Source: an uncultured Candidatus Saccharibacteria bacterium
GTDB lineage: Bacteria; Patescibacteriota; Minisyncoccia; Phycocordibacterales; PALSA-1337
Direction: 5' to 3'
NCBI GenBank assembly: GCA_964542675.1
Contig: CAZIUH010000003.1
Span: 8,932-64,208, forward strand
DNA: 55,277 nucleotides
Positions 8,992-18,937 of this stretch are shown in pieces; the stretch's first letter is position 1, and each line of letters starts with the position of its first letter. The notes below the pieces were generated by a model. It was not told the DNA's origin. It made no database searches and saw only the letters and a program-made list of their open reading frames with translations. The position numbers were made by a program, and so were the translations under genes.

Positions 8992-9375
8992 TCACACTTC
9001 GGGACGATATCCCGGAGTACAAACTATGATTTTATCGCCAAATTTCTTCTTCAGGACATAGTTATTGTCCACGAATTTTTTCAATATGCTCCTAACCGTA
9101 ACATGAAGCAAGTCAGCCAACTGCGGTTGACTTCGATAATATTTTGGCTCCGGTGACCAGCTCATATAACAGCTTAATCCGTTATTGAGTTCTCCCTCGT
9201 GAGGTTCGGGAAAATGAATCTTAACATTGTCGCTTTCGAGATCAGGAGCATAAATGTCTTTAATCGCGATTCTGAGCGATGATATTAAAGTACCAAGTCC
9301 GGCCCTCGCGTCAGGTGGGCTACCGGGAAAACCGTATATAACTAGAACTAACATGGTATCGAAAACCATAAGCAT
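8992..9375 (-). CDS. hypothetical protein, paralog of 8305-8724
   Basis: 127-aa ORF; LVIYGFP...GLGTLISSLR...VKIHF...LKKFV aligns by eye with neighbour. Confidence 0.7.
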   Translation of the reverse strand: MLMVFDTMLVLVIYGFPGSPPDARAGLGTLISSLRIAIKDIYAPDLESDNVKIHFPEPHEGELNNGLSCYMSWSPEPKYYRSQPQLADLLHVTVRSILKKFVDNNYVLKKKFGDKIIVCTPGYRPEV

Positions 9376-9444
9376 ACCTCCATTTCGAGATTTACCCCAT
9401 TTTCATAGCATAATTACCAGAATATGAGGAACTTTCTAGCATGA

Positions 9445-9472
9445 ATGATACTTGAGATATACCATCTGTCAA
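9445..9472 (-). promoter_or_regulatory. sigma70-type promoter
   Basis: TTGACA-16bp-TATCAT on the minus strand. Confidence 0.65.
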
Positions 9473-9619
9473 TGACGTGAAAGTGTTGCAATTATACATT
9501 GAATGTACTTTTCTATATTTGTCAAAGATCATATAGTCATGTTACAGTGATATTGTTCGAAATATAGATAGAGTTCAAGACAGGGTCCGTGGCACCGCAT
9601 TATTAAAAGTAATGACTGG

Positions 9620-9699
9620 CCCCTGGATACACAGGTTTATATGCAAGCAAGTAATTCACGAATAATAAATGATTTGCCTTGCAATCTGTAATCTAGGGG
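9620..9699 (+). promoter_or_regulatory. long bulged hairpin in the pnp leader
   Basis: cccctggat/atctagggg, acag/ctgt and tgcaag/cttgca nested pairings. Confidence 0.55.
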
Positions 9700-9708
9700 T
9701 GAGTTAAC

Positions 9709-9786
9709 GAATTATGAATTAAGAATTATGAATAGACGCAACATGACCGCGTTTATTCATGGTTCATAATTCTTAATTCGTAATTC
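9709..9786. repeat. inverted array of tandem heptamers (GAATTAN)
   Basis: gaattat-gaattaa-gaattat-gaa ... ttc-ataattc-ttaattc-gtaattc. Confidence 0.85.
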
Positions 9787-9795
9787 AATAATAAG

Positions 9796-11946
9796 ATGAC
9801 AAAAAAAGAATACATACTTAAAGTCGGCGGCAAAACAATGATCGCTGAATTCAACGACCTAGCGGATCAGACAAACGGGGCCGTAATGTTGCGTTATGGT
9901 AATACGGTAGTCTTAGCGACAGTCGTAATAGGGGACTTGAAGGACAGTGACTATTTCCCACTGACAGTAGAGTACGAGGAAAGATTTTACGCCACGGGTA
10001 AAATTCTGGGGTCAAGATTCATGCGCCGAGAAGGGAGACCCTCGACAGAGGCGATACTTTCTGGACGCATAGTCGACCGTACGATTCGCCCTTTATTCAA
10101 TCAGAAAACCAGGAACGAGGTGCAAGTAGTCATAACAACACTTTCAATAGATCAAGATGATCCCGATGTAGTATCTGTTATCGCCGCATCGCTCGCGCTC
10201 GGAACTTCCGATATACCCTGGAACGGACCAGTATCGGCTGTACGCATAGGCAAGAATGGTGAATGGCTCGTAAATCCAGATTATAAAGCGCGCGAAGAAG
10301 CGGGCGTTAAGTTGGACATGGTCGCTTGCGGCAAAGATGGCATGATAAATATGATAGAAGTTGCTGGAAAGGAAGTCGGCGAGGAAATAGTCACAGAAGG
10401 ACTTGTCAAGGCTTCGGAAGAAATTGAGAAAATACAAAAGTGGCAGGCGAAAATTATCAAGGAAATCGGTAAAAAGAAGATTGAAGTCGTTTTACCCGAG
10501 CCGACAGAAGGTACAAAGGAATTATTCAGCGCCGAAATCGCTCCGAAACTTTTGAAATATGTATTTACAAGCGATCAGTCAGCCGGCGGAGATAAGAAGA
10601 AATTGGCGGAAATAAATGAAATCTGGATGTCAGCATTCAAAGAAAAAATGCCGGAAGGAAATGTTGGCATGGCGCAGGAAATATTCGAGGAAGCTGTAAA
10701 TGACGCGCTTCATAATGAGGCAATAGACAATGACAAGCGCCCAGATGGCAGGAAAATGGATGAACTTCGACCCTTGTTCGCCCAAGCCGGGAATGTTTCA
10801 CCTATACTTCATGGTACGGGAATATTCTTCCGCGGCGGCACGCATATAATGTCAATACTGACGCTCGGTTCGCCAGGTGACGCGCTCATTATAGACGGCG
10901 TTGTCGCGCAAGAAAATAAAAGATTCATGCATCATTATAACTTTCCGCCATTTTCCACGGGTGAGACTGGCAGAATGAGTGGAACGAACAGAAGAATGAT
11001 CGGGCATGGGGCGCTCGCGGAGAAAGCTTTGCTTCCTGTTATTCCGGAAAAAGATAAATTTCCGTACACTATTCGCCTCGTCTCCGAAGCATTCGCGTCA
11101 AATGGTTCAACATCCATGGGTTCGGTTTGCGGTTCCACGCTGGCATTGATGGACGGTGGTGTACCTATAAAGGCTCCAGTTGCCGGCATTGCTTCCGGAC
11201 TAATGATGCGAAATGAAAAAGAATACAAGGTTTTGACCGATATTCAAGGTCCTGAAGATCATCACGGTGACATGGATTTCAAAGTTGCCGGCACACGAAA
11301 TGGTATTACCGCCGTGCAAATGGATGTCAAAGTATCAGGAATTCCACTCAAGATATTCACCGAGGCTTTCGAAGCGGCCAAAAAAGCTCGCTTTCAAATT
11401 CTAGATGTTATTGAGAAAGAAATCGTCGCGCCGAGAGAAAAGATTTCTCCGAACGCACCAGAAATCATAGTTTTGAAGATCAAACCGGATCAAATCGGGC
11501 TTGTTATCGGCACCGGCGGCAAGACGATCAACGAGATTCGCGATGTCACGCATGTGGAAGATATAACAATCGAAGATGACGGTTCTGTCTTTATCACTGG
11601 CAAGAATGAGACGGCGCAAAAAGCCAAGGAAATTATTTACAATATGACCCGAGAATATATGCCAGGCGAGAAATTCCAAGGCGAGGTCACGCGTCTCATG
11701 GATTTCGGCGCCTTTGTCAAGATCGGACCGAATGCCGAGGGACTTGTTCATGTTTCCGAAATCGCGCCATTCCGAGTAGAAAATGTTACGACATATGTCA
11801 CAGAGGGAGACAAAGTCCCCGTAATGGTCAAAGAAGTTGATGATAAAGGTAGGATCAATCTCTCTATCAAAGCCGCCGATCCGAATTTCTTCGCAAAAAA
11901 GGAGGAAAAACCGAAACCGAGAACGGAGTTTCGGAAGAGGTTTTAA
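9796..11946 (+). CDS. pnp: polyribonucleotide nucleotidyltransferase (PNPase)
   Basis: PLTVEYEER, RREGRP, RPDGR, HYNFPPFSTGE, SNGSTSMGS, GDMDFKVAG; KH and S1 domains. Confidence 0.98.
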   Translation: MTKKEYILKVGGKTMIAEFNDLADQTNGAVMLRYGNTVVLATVVIGDLKDSDYFPLTVEYEERFYATGKILGSRFMRREGRPSTEAILSGRIVDRTIRPLFNQKTRNEVQVVITTLSIDQDDPDVVSVIAASLALGTSDIPWNGPVSAVRIGKNGEWLVNPDYKAREEAGVKLDMVACGKDGMINMIEVAGKEVGEEIVTEGLVKASEEIEKIQKWQAKIIKEIGKKKIEVVLPEPTEGTKELFSAEIAPKLLKYVFTSDQSAGGDKKKLAEINEIWMSAFKEKMPEGNVGMAQEIFEEAVNDALHNEAIDNDKRPDGRKMDELRPLFAQAGNVSPILHGTGIFFRGGTHIMSILTLGSPGDALIIDGVVAQENKRFMHHYNFPPFSTGETGRMSGTNRRMIGHGALAEKALLPVIPEKDKFPYTIRLVSEAFASNGSTSMGSVCGSTLALMDGGVPIKAPVAGIASGLMMRNEKEYKVLTDIQGPEDHHGDMDFKVAGTRNGITAVQMDVKVSGIPLKIFTEAFEAAKKARFQILDVIEKEIVAPREKISPNAPEIIVLKIKPDQIGLVIGTGGKTINEIRDVTHVEDITIEDDGSVFITGKNETAQKAKEIIYNMTREYMPGEKFQGEVTRLMDFGAFVKIGPNAEGLVHVSEIAPFRVENVTTYVTEGDKVPVMVKEVDDKGRINLSIKAADPNFFAKKEEKPKPRTEFRKRF

Positions 11947-11976
11947 ATTTCATACACTAATAAGTCTTCAAAGAAT

Positions 11977-12002
11977 AAAGGCGGTGGAGACATCGTCTTT
12001 GT
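11977..12002 (+). terminator. terminator-like hairpin after pnp
   Basis: aaaggcggtg-gaga-catcgtcttt. Confidence 0.5.
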
Positions 12003-12054
12003 TCAAAATGATTTCCCCAGTTGTCAATCGTCATTATTATTATTTCCAGCTATA

Positions 12055-13533
12055 ATGATACCAATGGACGAAAATTCAAAACCAAAAGCTCCAGCGAATT
12101 TACCCACGGAAGATACCGCGGACACGTTGATTCCGAAAGTATTTGAAGTTTCTGCCGATTTGGAAATGAAAGAGGTGAGTGAAAAGAAAGAATCAGAATC
12201 GGAAAATACACAGCCAGTAACATCGCAGCAATTACCGAAAACGCAATTGCAAGATGCCGTCGATAAAATAGGCAAGATCCCTCTACAAGATTTCAGCGCG
12301 CAATTGAGAAAAGCGCAGATGCCTTCAAAACCGGCAATGCCAACACCCCCTGTAAAACCGCCTCAATCATCATTGGTTCCACCATCATCTTCACCAACGT
12401 CACCGTCTATATCAACATCGCTAACACCTGTATCCGCGCCAAATTCAACAATTCCGGTAAATAGTCCTCAAGCCGAAAAATCTCCGACTATTACCGAAGA
12501 GAAATTCAATAGAAACACATTACGCACCTACGAGAGCGACGTGGCTAATTTTATGTCACATAAAAAAACATCCGTAGCTTCAATCGCGATGGCTGAACAT
12601 GAAAAACAAGGTAAAGTTGAGACTTTAGATAATGACAGCATGGTCGATGCCGAAGCGAGATCAAGAAGAAATAAGAAAATATTTATTACCATAATCAGCT
12701 TAACGCTGATTGTAGCCGGCATTATCGGAGGATATTATTTTTACAGTCAAAGTGTTTTCGCGCCCGTGACAATTGTTCCGCAAGCAATTCCCGTAACATC
12801 GCCTATTCCCTCAAACGCAAAAGTCTTGATAGCGATCGACGGTTTGTCTCCATTACAAATCGTCTCACGTATTAGGACTGAAATCGAAAAACCGCAGACA
12901 CCGAATACGATCAAAGAGATAATATTCACGAAAAATAACGGGGCGCAAACAACAAAAGTTGGCGGTGTAGAAATGCTAAATATTATGGGTATAGATCAAG
13001 ACGCGCCTGATATGCTCATAAGAACGCTCACGCCATCTTGGATGTTCGGCGAATATTTTGATACGAGCGGCAATAAAGATGTTTTCGTCGTCTTTACTCA
13101 TAATTATTTCCAGAATGCTTTCGCGGGAATGCTTTCGTGGGAAAATTTCATGGCCGATGACTTGAAACAATATATCGGGAATACCGTGCGTGTTAATCCA
13201 AATGATTCCATAACATCAACATCTCCAGATATGAACGCGAGTACAAGTACCACTTTGGAGTCTGTCATGGCAACACAATCAGCCACTTCAACAATTTTAG
13301 GAACTTCCTCGGCATTACAATCAAATCAATTTTCGCAAACATACTTTTCATTATTAGGACATTTCACCGACGGAATCATAAAAAACAAAGACGCGCGGGA
13401 GTTCAAGACTGATATGGGTAATGTTCTTTTCCTATATTCATTCGTCGACAATACGAAACTCATTTTAACTTCACGAGAGACGACTTTGGCGGAAATCATA
13501 TCTAGGCTTGAACAACAGACTTTTGTACGCTAG
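12055..13533 (+). CDS. hypothetical single-pass membrane protein with Pro/Ser-rich N-terminus
   Basis: 492-aa ORF, one TM (IFITIISLTLIVAGIIGGYYFY), LRTYESDV and NAFAGMLSWE segments. Confidence 0.8.
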   Translation: MIPMDENSKPKAPANLPTEDTADTLIPKVFEVSADLEMKEVSEKKESESENTQPVTSQQLPKTQLQDAVDKIGKIPLQDFSAQLRKAQMPSKPAMPTPPVKPPQSSLVPPSSSPTSPSISTSLTPVSAPNSTIPVNSPQAEKSPTITEEKFNRNTLRTYESDVANFMSHKKTSVASIAMAEHEKQGKVETLDNDSMVDAEARSRRNKKIFITIISLTLIVAGIIGGYYFYSQSVFAPVTIVPQAIPVTSPIPSNAKVLIAIDGLSPLQIVSRIRTEIEKPQTPNTIKEIIFTKNNGAQTTKVGGVEMLNIMGIDQDAPDMLIRTLTPSWMFGEYFDTSGNKDVFVVFTHNYFQNAFAGMLSWENFMADDLKQYIGNTVRVNPNDSITSTSPDMNASTSTTLESVMATQSATSTILGTSSALQSNQFSQTYFSLLGHFTDGIIKNKDAREFKTDMGNVLFLYSFVDNTKLILTSRETTLAEIISRLEQQTFVR

Positions 13534-13542
13534 AATAGTAAT

Positions 13543-13908
13543 ATGAATAAAAAAGATCTGGAATATTTCAAGAAAAAATTAATCGAGGAAAAAACCGCCA
13601 TTGAGGAAGAACTTTCTGGTATCGGAACAAAAAACCCCAGAAGCGCAACTGTTTGGGAGGCTACCAGCGGAGACATTGATGTTGATTCGGCCGATGAAAA
13701 TGAGACTGCCGACAAAATGGAGGAATTGGAAGAAAATTCTGGAATTGTTGATCAACTTAATAAGCAAATGAATGAAATCACGGTCGCTCTAGATAAGATT
13801 GCCAACAGTAAATACGGTATTTGCGAGATTTGTGGCGAACCCATCGAGCGAGACCGTCTCGAAGCGAATCCCAGCGCGAGAATTTCCATAAAACACGCGC
13901 ATAAATAA
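13543..13908 (+). CDS. TraR/DksA family transcription factor
   Basis: Coiled coil with DENETAD tip, YGICEICGEPIERDRLEANPSAR. Confidence 0.9.
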   Translation: MNKKDLEYFKKKLIEEKTAIEEELSGIGTKNPRSATVWEATSGDIDVDSADENETADKMEELEENSGIVDQLNKQMNEITVALDKIANSKYGICEICGEPIERDRLEANPSARISIKHAHK

Positions 13909-14071
13909 TTCTATTAAAGGTTTGTCTCTTGGAATTTTCCCAAGGTCGGGTTTTTTTACCAAAAATTTCATACTCTCTTGAGACTTTTTTTAGGAAAAAT
14001 TCATACTTTTTTTATTCTTTTTTTATTCTTTTTTTATCATTTCTTCATAACTCATTTGCTAGGATTTCCGC

Positions 14072-15595
14072 ATGAGCATTGCAAAAACATACAGCGCGCA
14101 ACTCATAGGGTTACAAAGTGAAATCATAACCGTCGAAGTTGATATTTCGAACGGTTTGAATTCATTCTCTGTCGTGGGTTTGGGTGACAGGGCGGTGGAG
14201 GAGTCCAAGGATCGTATTTCTGCCGCGATAAAAAATATAGGGTATTCATCACCAAAACAGAAGAATCAAAAAGTGATTATATCTCTGGCACCAGCTGATG
14301 TTCGCAAAGAGGGTCCGTCTTTCGACCTGGCAATGGCTCTCACATACCTGAAAGCCGCCGGCGAAATCCAGTTCAATTCCGAAAAGAAAATATTTTTTGG
14401 TGAATTATCTCTTGAGGGTAATATACGCAGAGTAAGCGGGCTCTTGCCTATTCTTTGTCAGGCAAAGAGACATGGTTTCACCGCAGCATTTGTGCCGATA
14501 GGCAATTCTCGTGAAGCGTCGCTCGCAGAAGGTATTATGGTATATCCAGTTTCATCGCTCGCTCAAATAATACGGCATCTCACGGGCGAGATTGAAATAA
14601 AACCGATTGAACAAATCGATAATTTTTGTTTAGAGCCGCAAAACGCAATCGATATGAACATAATTCGCGGCAACGAAACCGTGAAAAGGGGGCTTGAAAT
14701 CGCCGCCGCCGGAGCTCATAACATTCTGATGATTGGTCCACCGGGTACGGGGAAGACAATGTTGGCACACAGCTTTTGTTCTATCTTGCCACCGCTTTCC
14801 TATGAGCAATCCGTTGAAGTGACAAGTATCCATTCAGCCGCGCGAACTTTGAAGGAGGGGTTGATCATGTATCCACCATTTCGTTCGCCACATCATACGG
14901 CTTCATATCCTTCAATAGTCGGCGGTGGCGCTTTCCCTCGTCCCGGAGAAATAACATTGGCGCATAGAGGCGTGCTTTTTATGGATGAATTTCCAGAATT
15001 TGATCGTGAAGTCATAGAAGCTTTACGCCAACCACTTGAAGACCGTGTCATTACAATATCACGCGCGCGCGGAGTGATAACATTTCCAGCGCAGTGTATT
15101 CTGATAGCCTCAACGAATCCTTGTCCATGTGGAAAAGGTAAGAACAATGGCTGTATTTGCCCAGAAAGAGTGCGTGACAATTATAGGCGAAAAATTTCTG
15201 GACCAATCATCGATCGCATAGACATTTGGACTGATGTCAATAAGATTGATTACAAAAAATTAGCCGCGCAAACATCAAGCGGGGAAACTTCGGATATTAT
15301 TCGAAAGAGAATTGTCGTCGCGCGACTCAGACAGAAAAAACGATTTGATGAACATGGGATTTTCAAGCATTATAACAGTGAAATGAGCGCTCAAGATCTT
15401 GAAAAATGCGTTACCTTGACAGATCAGGCCAGAAACATTCTCCTTGTTTCCGCCGAAAGATTGGAATTATCCGGGCGGGCATTCCATAGAGTCATAAAGG
15501 TTGCTCAAACTATTGCCGACCTGGAGAAAGCGGATATCGTGGAAAAAGAATTTATTCTTGAAGCATTACAGTATCGGCACAAGATCAAAGAATAA
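14072..15595 (+). CDS. comM: ComM/YifB Mg-chelatase-like AAA+ ATPase
   Basis: LAPADVRKEG, GPPGTGKTMLA, PFRSPHHT, PGEITLAHRGVLFMDEFPEF, NPCPCG, SGPIIDRID. Confidence 0.95.
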   Translation: MSIAKTYSAQLIGLQSEIITVEVDISNGLNSFSVVGLGDRAVEESKDRISAAIKNIGYSSPKQKNQKVIISLAPADVRKEGPSFDLAMALTYLKAAGEIQFNSEKKIFFGELSLEGNIRRVSGLLPILCQAKRHGFTAAFVPIGNSREASLAEGIMVYPVSSLAQIIRHLTGEIEIKPIEQIDNFCLEPQNAIDMNIIRGNETVKRGLEIAAAGAHNILMIGPPGTGKTMLAHSFCSILPPLSYEQSVEVTSIHSAARTLKEGLIMYPPFRSPHHTASYPSIVGGGAFPRPGEITLAHRGVLFMDEFPEFDREVIEALRQPLEDRVITISRARGVITFPAQCILIASTNPCPCGKGKNNGCICPERVRDNYRRKISGPIIDRIDIWTDVNKIDYKKLAAQTSSGETSDIIRKRIVVARLRQKKRFDEHGIFKHYNSEMSAQDLEKCVTLTDQARNILLVSAERLELSGRAFHRVIKVAQTIADLEKADIVEKEFILEALQYRHKIKE

Positions 15596-15621
15596 AATAA
15601 CACATTGTCCTATTTATATCG

Positions 15622-16671
15622 TTAGAACGGATTCACGGCGCCGCGGATTTCGAAATGAAGATGTGGGCCGGTAGAATTGCCCGTGGAACCCAAAAGGGCA
15701 ATTGTTTCTCCCCGTGAGACTCGCTCGCCAACAGAAACAAGATTCTTGGAATTATGCGCGTAAAGAGTTTGCGTGCCGTTCGGATGTGAAATAACGATAT
15801 AATTACCATAACCACCATTCCAGCCGCCTGTGCGGGCAATGATAATCGTTCCAGCCGCTGAAGCATAAATAGGGGTACCTATAGGAGCGGCAAGGTCAAC
15901 AGCATTGTGTCCGTGTATTCCTTGTGTTTTACGCCCACCGACAATCGGCCGAATAAAACCACTGATAACACGATTGCTGGAAAGTACGGCGGATTGCGCG
16001 ATTTCCGAAGCTGACAATTCCACATCGGGAATAATTATAGATTGGCCGATAGGAAGCGGTGTTGATATAGTTAGATCGTTATAATTTAGGATATCATTAA
16101 CATCGGCTTCATACTTGCTTGCAATGCCATTTATCGTATCACCTTTCTTTATGGTATAAGAAATTCCAGTCACAGGCAGAATAGTAAGAGTCTGACCGAT
16201 TTTCAATACTGATTTACTATTGAGATTATTTGTCCATAAAATAGTGTTCACGGACACATTGAACATCCTCGAAACACCAGTGATGGTATCGCCTTCGCGA
16301 ACAACATAAGTGCTGATTTGTGTATTGTAGCTAGTATCATTAGCGATATTCGCCCCAACTAGATCAGCCACAAGTATTCCACTGTTATTTACCGGCAAAA
16401 TATCAGCCATAACGCTTTGGCTGGGATTAATATTCGCCGATGCTTGAAGCAAAGTGATCGTCTGAAGATTCTGGGTTAGACCAGAAGTCACGATCTTGGC
16501 TGAGGCCGGAGAGCTCTCGAATAATGATCCGATAAAAGAAAAGAGACCAGCATACGCGGTCCCGGTGTAAAGTGATAAAGTCATTACGGTAATCACAAGC
16601 ATAACAAGCCAAGTACTAATTCGCTTGTACGCAGTAAAGTATTTACATTTGTCATTAGGTAATAATTGCAT
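15622..16671 (-). CDS. LysM-domain M23 family peptidase
   Basis: TM/signal segment, two LysM repeats (YVVREGDT, YTIKKGDT), HNAVD...YAH...TGPHLHFE. Confidence 0.93.
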   Translation of the reverse strand: MQLLPNDKCKYFTAYKRISTWLVMLVITVMTLSLYTGTAYAGLFSFIGSLFESSPASAKIVTSGLTQNLQTITLLQASANINPSQSVMADILPVNNSGILVADLVGANIANDTSYNTQISTYVVREGDTITGVSRMFNVSVNTILWTNNLNSKSVLKIGQTLTILPVTGISYTIKKGDTINGIASKYEADVNDILNYNDLTISTPLPIGQSIIIPDVELSASEIAQSAVLSSNRVISGFIRPIVGGRKTQGIHGHNAVDLAAPIGTPIYASAAGTIIIARTGGWNGGYGNYIVISHPNGTQTLYAHNSKNLVSVGERVSRGETIALLGSTGNSTGPHLHFEIRGAVNPF

Positions 16672-16946
16672 AATAGCTTTTATCTATCTGCAAATCTGTC
16701 ATGTCTTTCTTTCTAACTTTCTGGAATGATTTCCTAAACAATAAATGGCTTTATAAAGCCGTATATTGGGGCAAAGTTTTAGGTTATCTCATGTAGGGTA
16801 TCAAGTACCGGTTTATTGTCAACTGACTTTATACACAGTGATACTAATTGATTGATTGTCAATGTTCATGTCTTGATATGTTTGCCGATGATATTATTTT
16901 ATTGTTCACAACTAGCTTACGGCACATAAACTGTTAATATAGATCT

Positions 16947-18926
16947 GTGTCAAATCTAAATCCAGAACAAATCAAAGCCGTAACAACGACTGATGGTCCG
17001 GTTCTTATCGTTGCCGGCGCCGGTTCGGGCAAAACCAGAGTCATTACGCATAGAATCCTGAATTTGATCAAAAATGGGGTGGCACCGCGTAATATTCTCG
17101 CCATAACATTCACGAACAAAGCGGCAAAAGAGATGCGCGAGCGTGTTTTCGTCCTTCTTGCCGAGGAAAAAGGACTGAATACTCCGATTTCCATCGACTG
17201 GTCATCTACTCGCAATGCCGAAATACCTTTTGTCGGCACATTTCATTCCCTTGGAGTTCATATTCTTCGAGAAAACGCGACTTTGCTCAAACTTAGCCGC
17301 TATTTCACCATATTTGACCGTTCAGATTCAAAAAGGGCAGTCAAGGAAGCAATGCGGCAAAGTTCTGTTGACCCGAAAAAATTCGAGCCGAATGTTATTT
17401 TGAACAAAATTTCACTTGCCAAAGGAGACGGTATGAGTCACATGCAATACAGAGATGGAGCTAAAGACTTTATGGAAGAAATGGTGGCCAACATTTGGGA
17501 GAAATATGATGCTATTCTTGCCAAGGAAAAAGCTTTGGATTTTGACGATTTGCTTTTGAAAACATGTCAACTATTGGAAAATAATCTTGAAATCAGGAAA
17601 TATTACAACTCTATTTGGAAATATATTCATATAGACGAATATCAGGATACGAATAGGGTACAATACAAAATAGCCAAATATTTAGCCATTTCCGATAAGA
17701 ATATTTGCGTTGTCGGGGATGCTGATCAAAACATATATAGCTGGCGTGGAGCGACCATTGAAAACATTCTGAACTTCGAAAGAGATTATCCAGAAACTAC
17801 CGTTATTGTCCTTGAGAAAAATTATAGATCAACAAAGACCATACTTGCCGCCGCGAATATGGTGATTGAGAAAAATGCGTTGCGTAAAAAAAAGATACTT
17901 TATACCGAAAACGATGAGGGTGAGAAAGTTTCGCTTATTGTTTCATACACAGAAACGGATGAAGCGCGAGCAATCGCCGATATTTGTCGAGACGTTATCG
18001 CCAATGGAACTTCCCCACAAGAGATTGCTGTTCTATATCGGACAAATTTTCAGTCCAGAGCGCTTGAAGAAGCTTTTATAAAGAAAAAAGTGCCGTATCA
18101 AATGCTTGGAACAAAATTTTTTGAGAGAAAAGAAGTGAAAGACGTGCTTTCATATATTCGCGCGGCATTAAATAAAGAAAGTTTGGGAGATATCGCCAGA
18201 ATTATCAATGTGCCGACCCGAGGCATAGGCAAAGCGACTGTCGCGAAAATATTTTCTAATATGGAAAACCTGATTCCCGAGGTAACTCGGACGCAAATCG
18301 CAAGTTTCAGAAAATTACTTGACGATATTAAAAGAGAAATTATGGAGAAGAAGCCTTCGGAAGCGGTGAAGTTTGTAATTCAAGAAAGCGGCATCGAAAA
18401 AATGTATAACGCGACTCTATCAGATGAGCGAGGCAGACATGACAGCGATGACGAGGAAAGATTGCTCAACATTCGTGAACTTGTTTCAGTCACGATCCAA
18501 TATGATCACATGAATGGGGAAGAAGGCGTTTTGGCACTTCTTGAAAATGCCGCCCTCGCGACCGATCAAGATGATTTGGACAAGAAAGAAAACGCAGTAA
18601 AACTTATGACCGTGCACGCTTCGAAAGGACTTGAGTTTGATATGGTTTGTATTACGGGAATGGAACAAGACTTATTTCCGTTCAAACATTTGGACGAAGG
18701 CGAATTGGGCAAGAATGATGAGGAGGAAGAACGAAGATTATTCTATGTAGCGCTAACTAGAGCCAAGAAAAAGGTGTGTCTAAGCTACACAATTGTACGC
18801 ACAATCTATGGCGCGCAGAGGGTCAATTCCCCGTCAGAGTTCATTGAAGATATCGAAAAAGAACTTATAGAAGACGTGTCGAATGAAAAACCGACGGGAG
18901 CGAAAGCGATTTTTATAGATTTCTGA
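16947..18926 (+). CDS. pcrA: PcrA/UvrD ATP-dependent DNA helicase
   Basis: AGAGSGKT, DEYQDTN, VGDADQNIYSWRGA, LMTVHASKGLEF, EERRLFYVALTRA. Confidence 0.96.
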   Translation: MSNLNPEQIKAVTTTDGPVLIVAGAGSGKTRVITHRILNLIKNGVAPRNILAITFTNKAAKEMRERVFVLLAEEKGLNTPISIDWSSTRNAEIPFVGTFHSLGVHILRENATLLKLSRYFTIFDRSDSKRAVKEAMRQSSVDPKKFEPNVILNKISLAKGDGMSHMQYRDGAKDFMEEMVANIWEKYDAILAKEKALDFDDLLLKTCQLLENNLEIRKYYNSIWKYIHIDEYQDTNRVQYKIAKYLAISDKNICVVGDADQNIYSWRGATIENILNFERDYPETTVIVLEKNYRSTKTILAAANMVIEKNALRKKKILYTENDEGEKVSLIVSYTETDEARAIADICRDVIANGTSPQEIAVLYRTNFQSRALEEAFIKKKVPYQMLGTKFFERKEVKDVLSYIRAALNKESLGDIARIINVPTRGIGKATVAKIFSNMENLIPEVTRTQIASFRKLLDDIKREIMEKKPSEAVKFVIQESGIEKMYNATLSDERGRHDSDDEERLLNIRELVSVTIQYDHMNGEEGVLALLENAALATDQDDLDKKENAVKLMTVHASKGLEFDMVCITGMEQDLFPFKHLDEGELGKNDEEEERRLFYVALTRAKKKVCLSYTIVRTIYGAQRVNSPSEFIEDIEKELIEDVSNEKPTGAKAIFIDF

Positions 18927-18937
18927 TAGTATGCTAT

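Noticed and set aside
13930-14060. T-rich short repeats upstream of comM (ttttttattc x2, aaaattcatact x2)
   Set aside because: Low-complexity promoter/terminator DNA; too short to support a distinct element.
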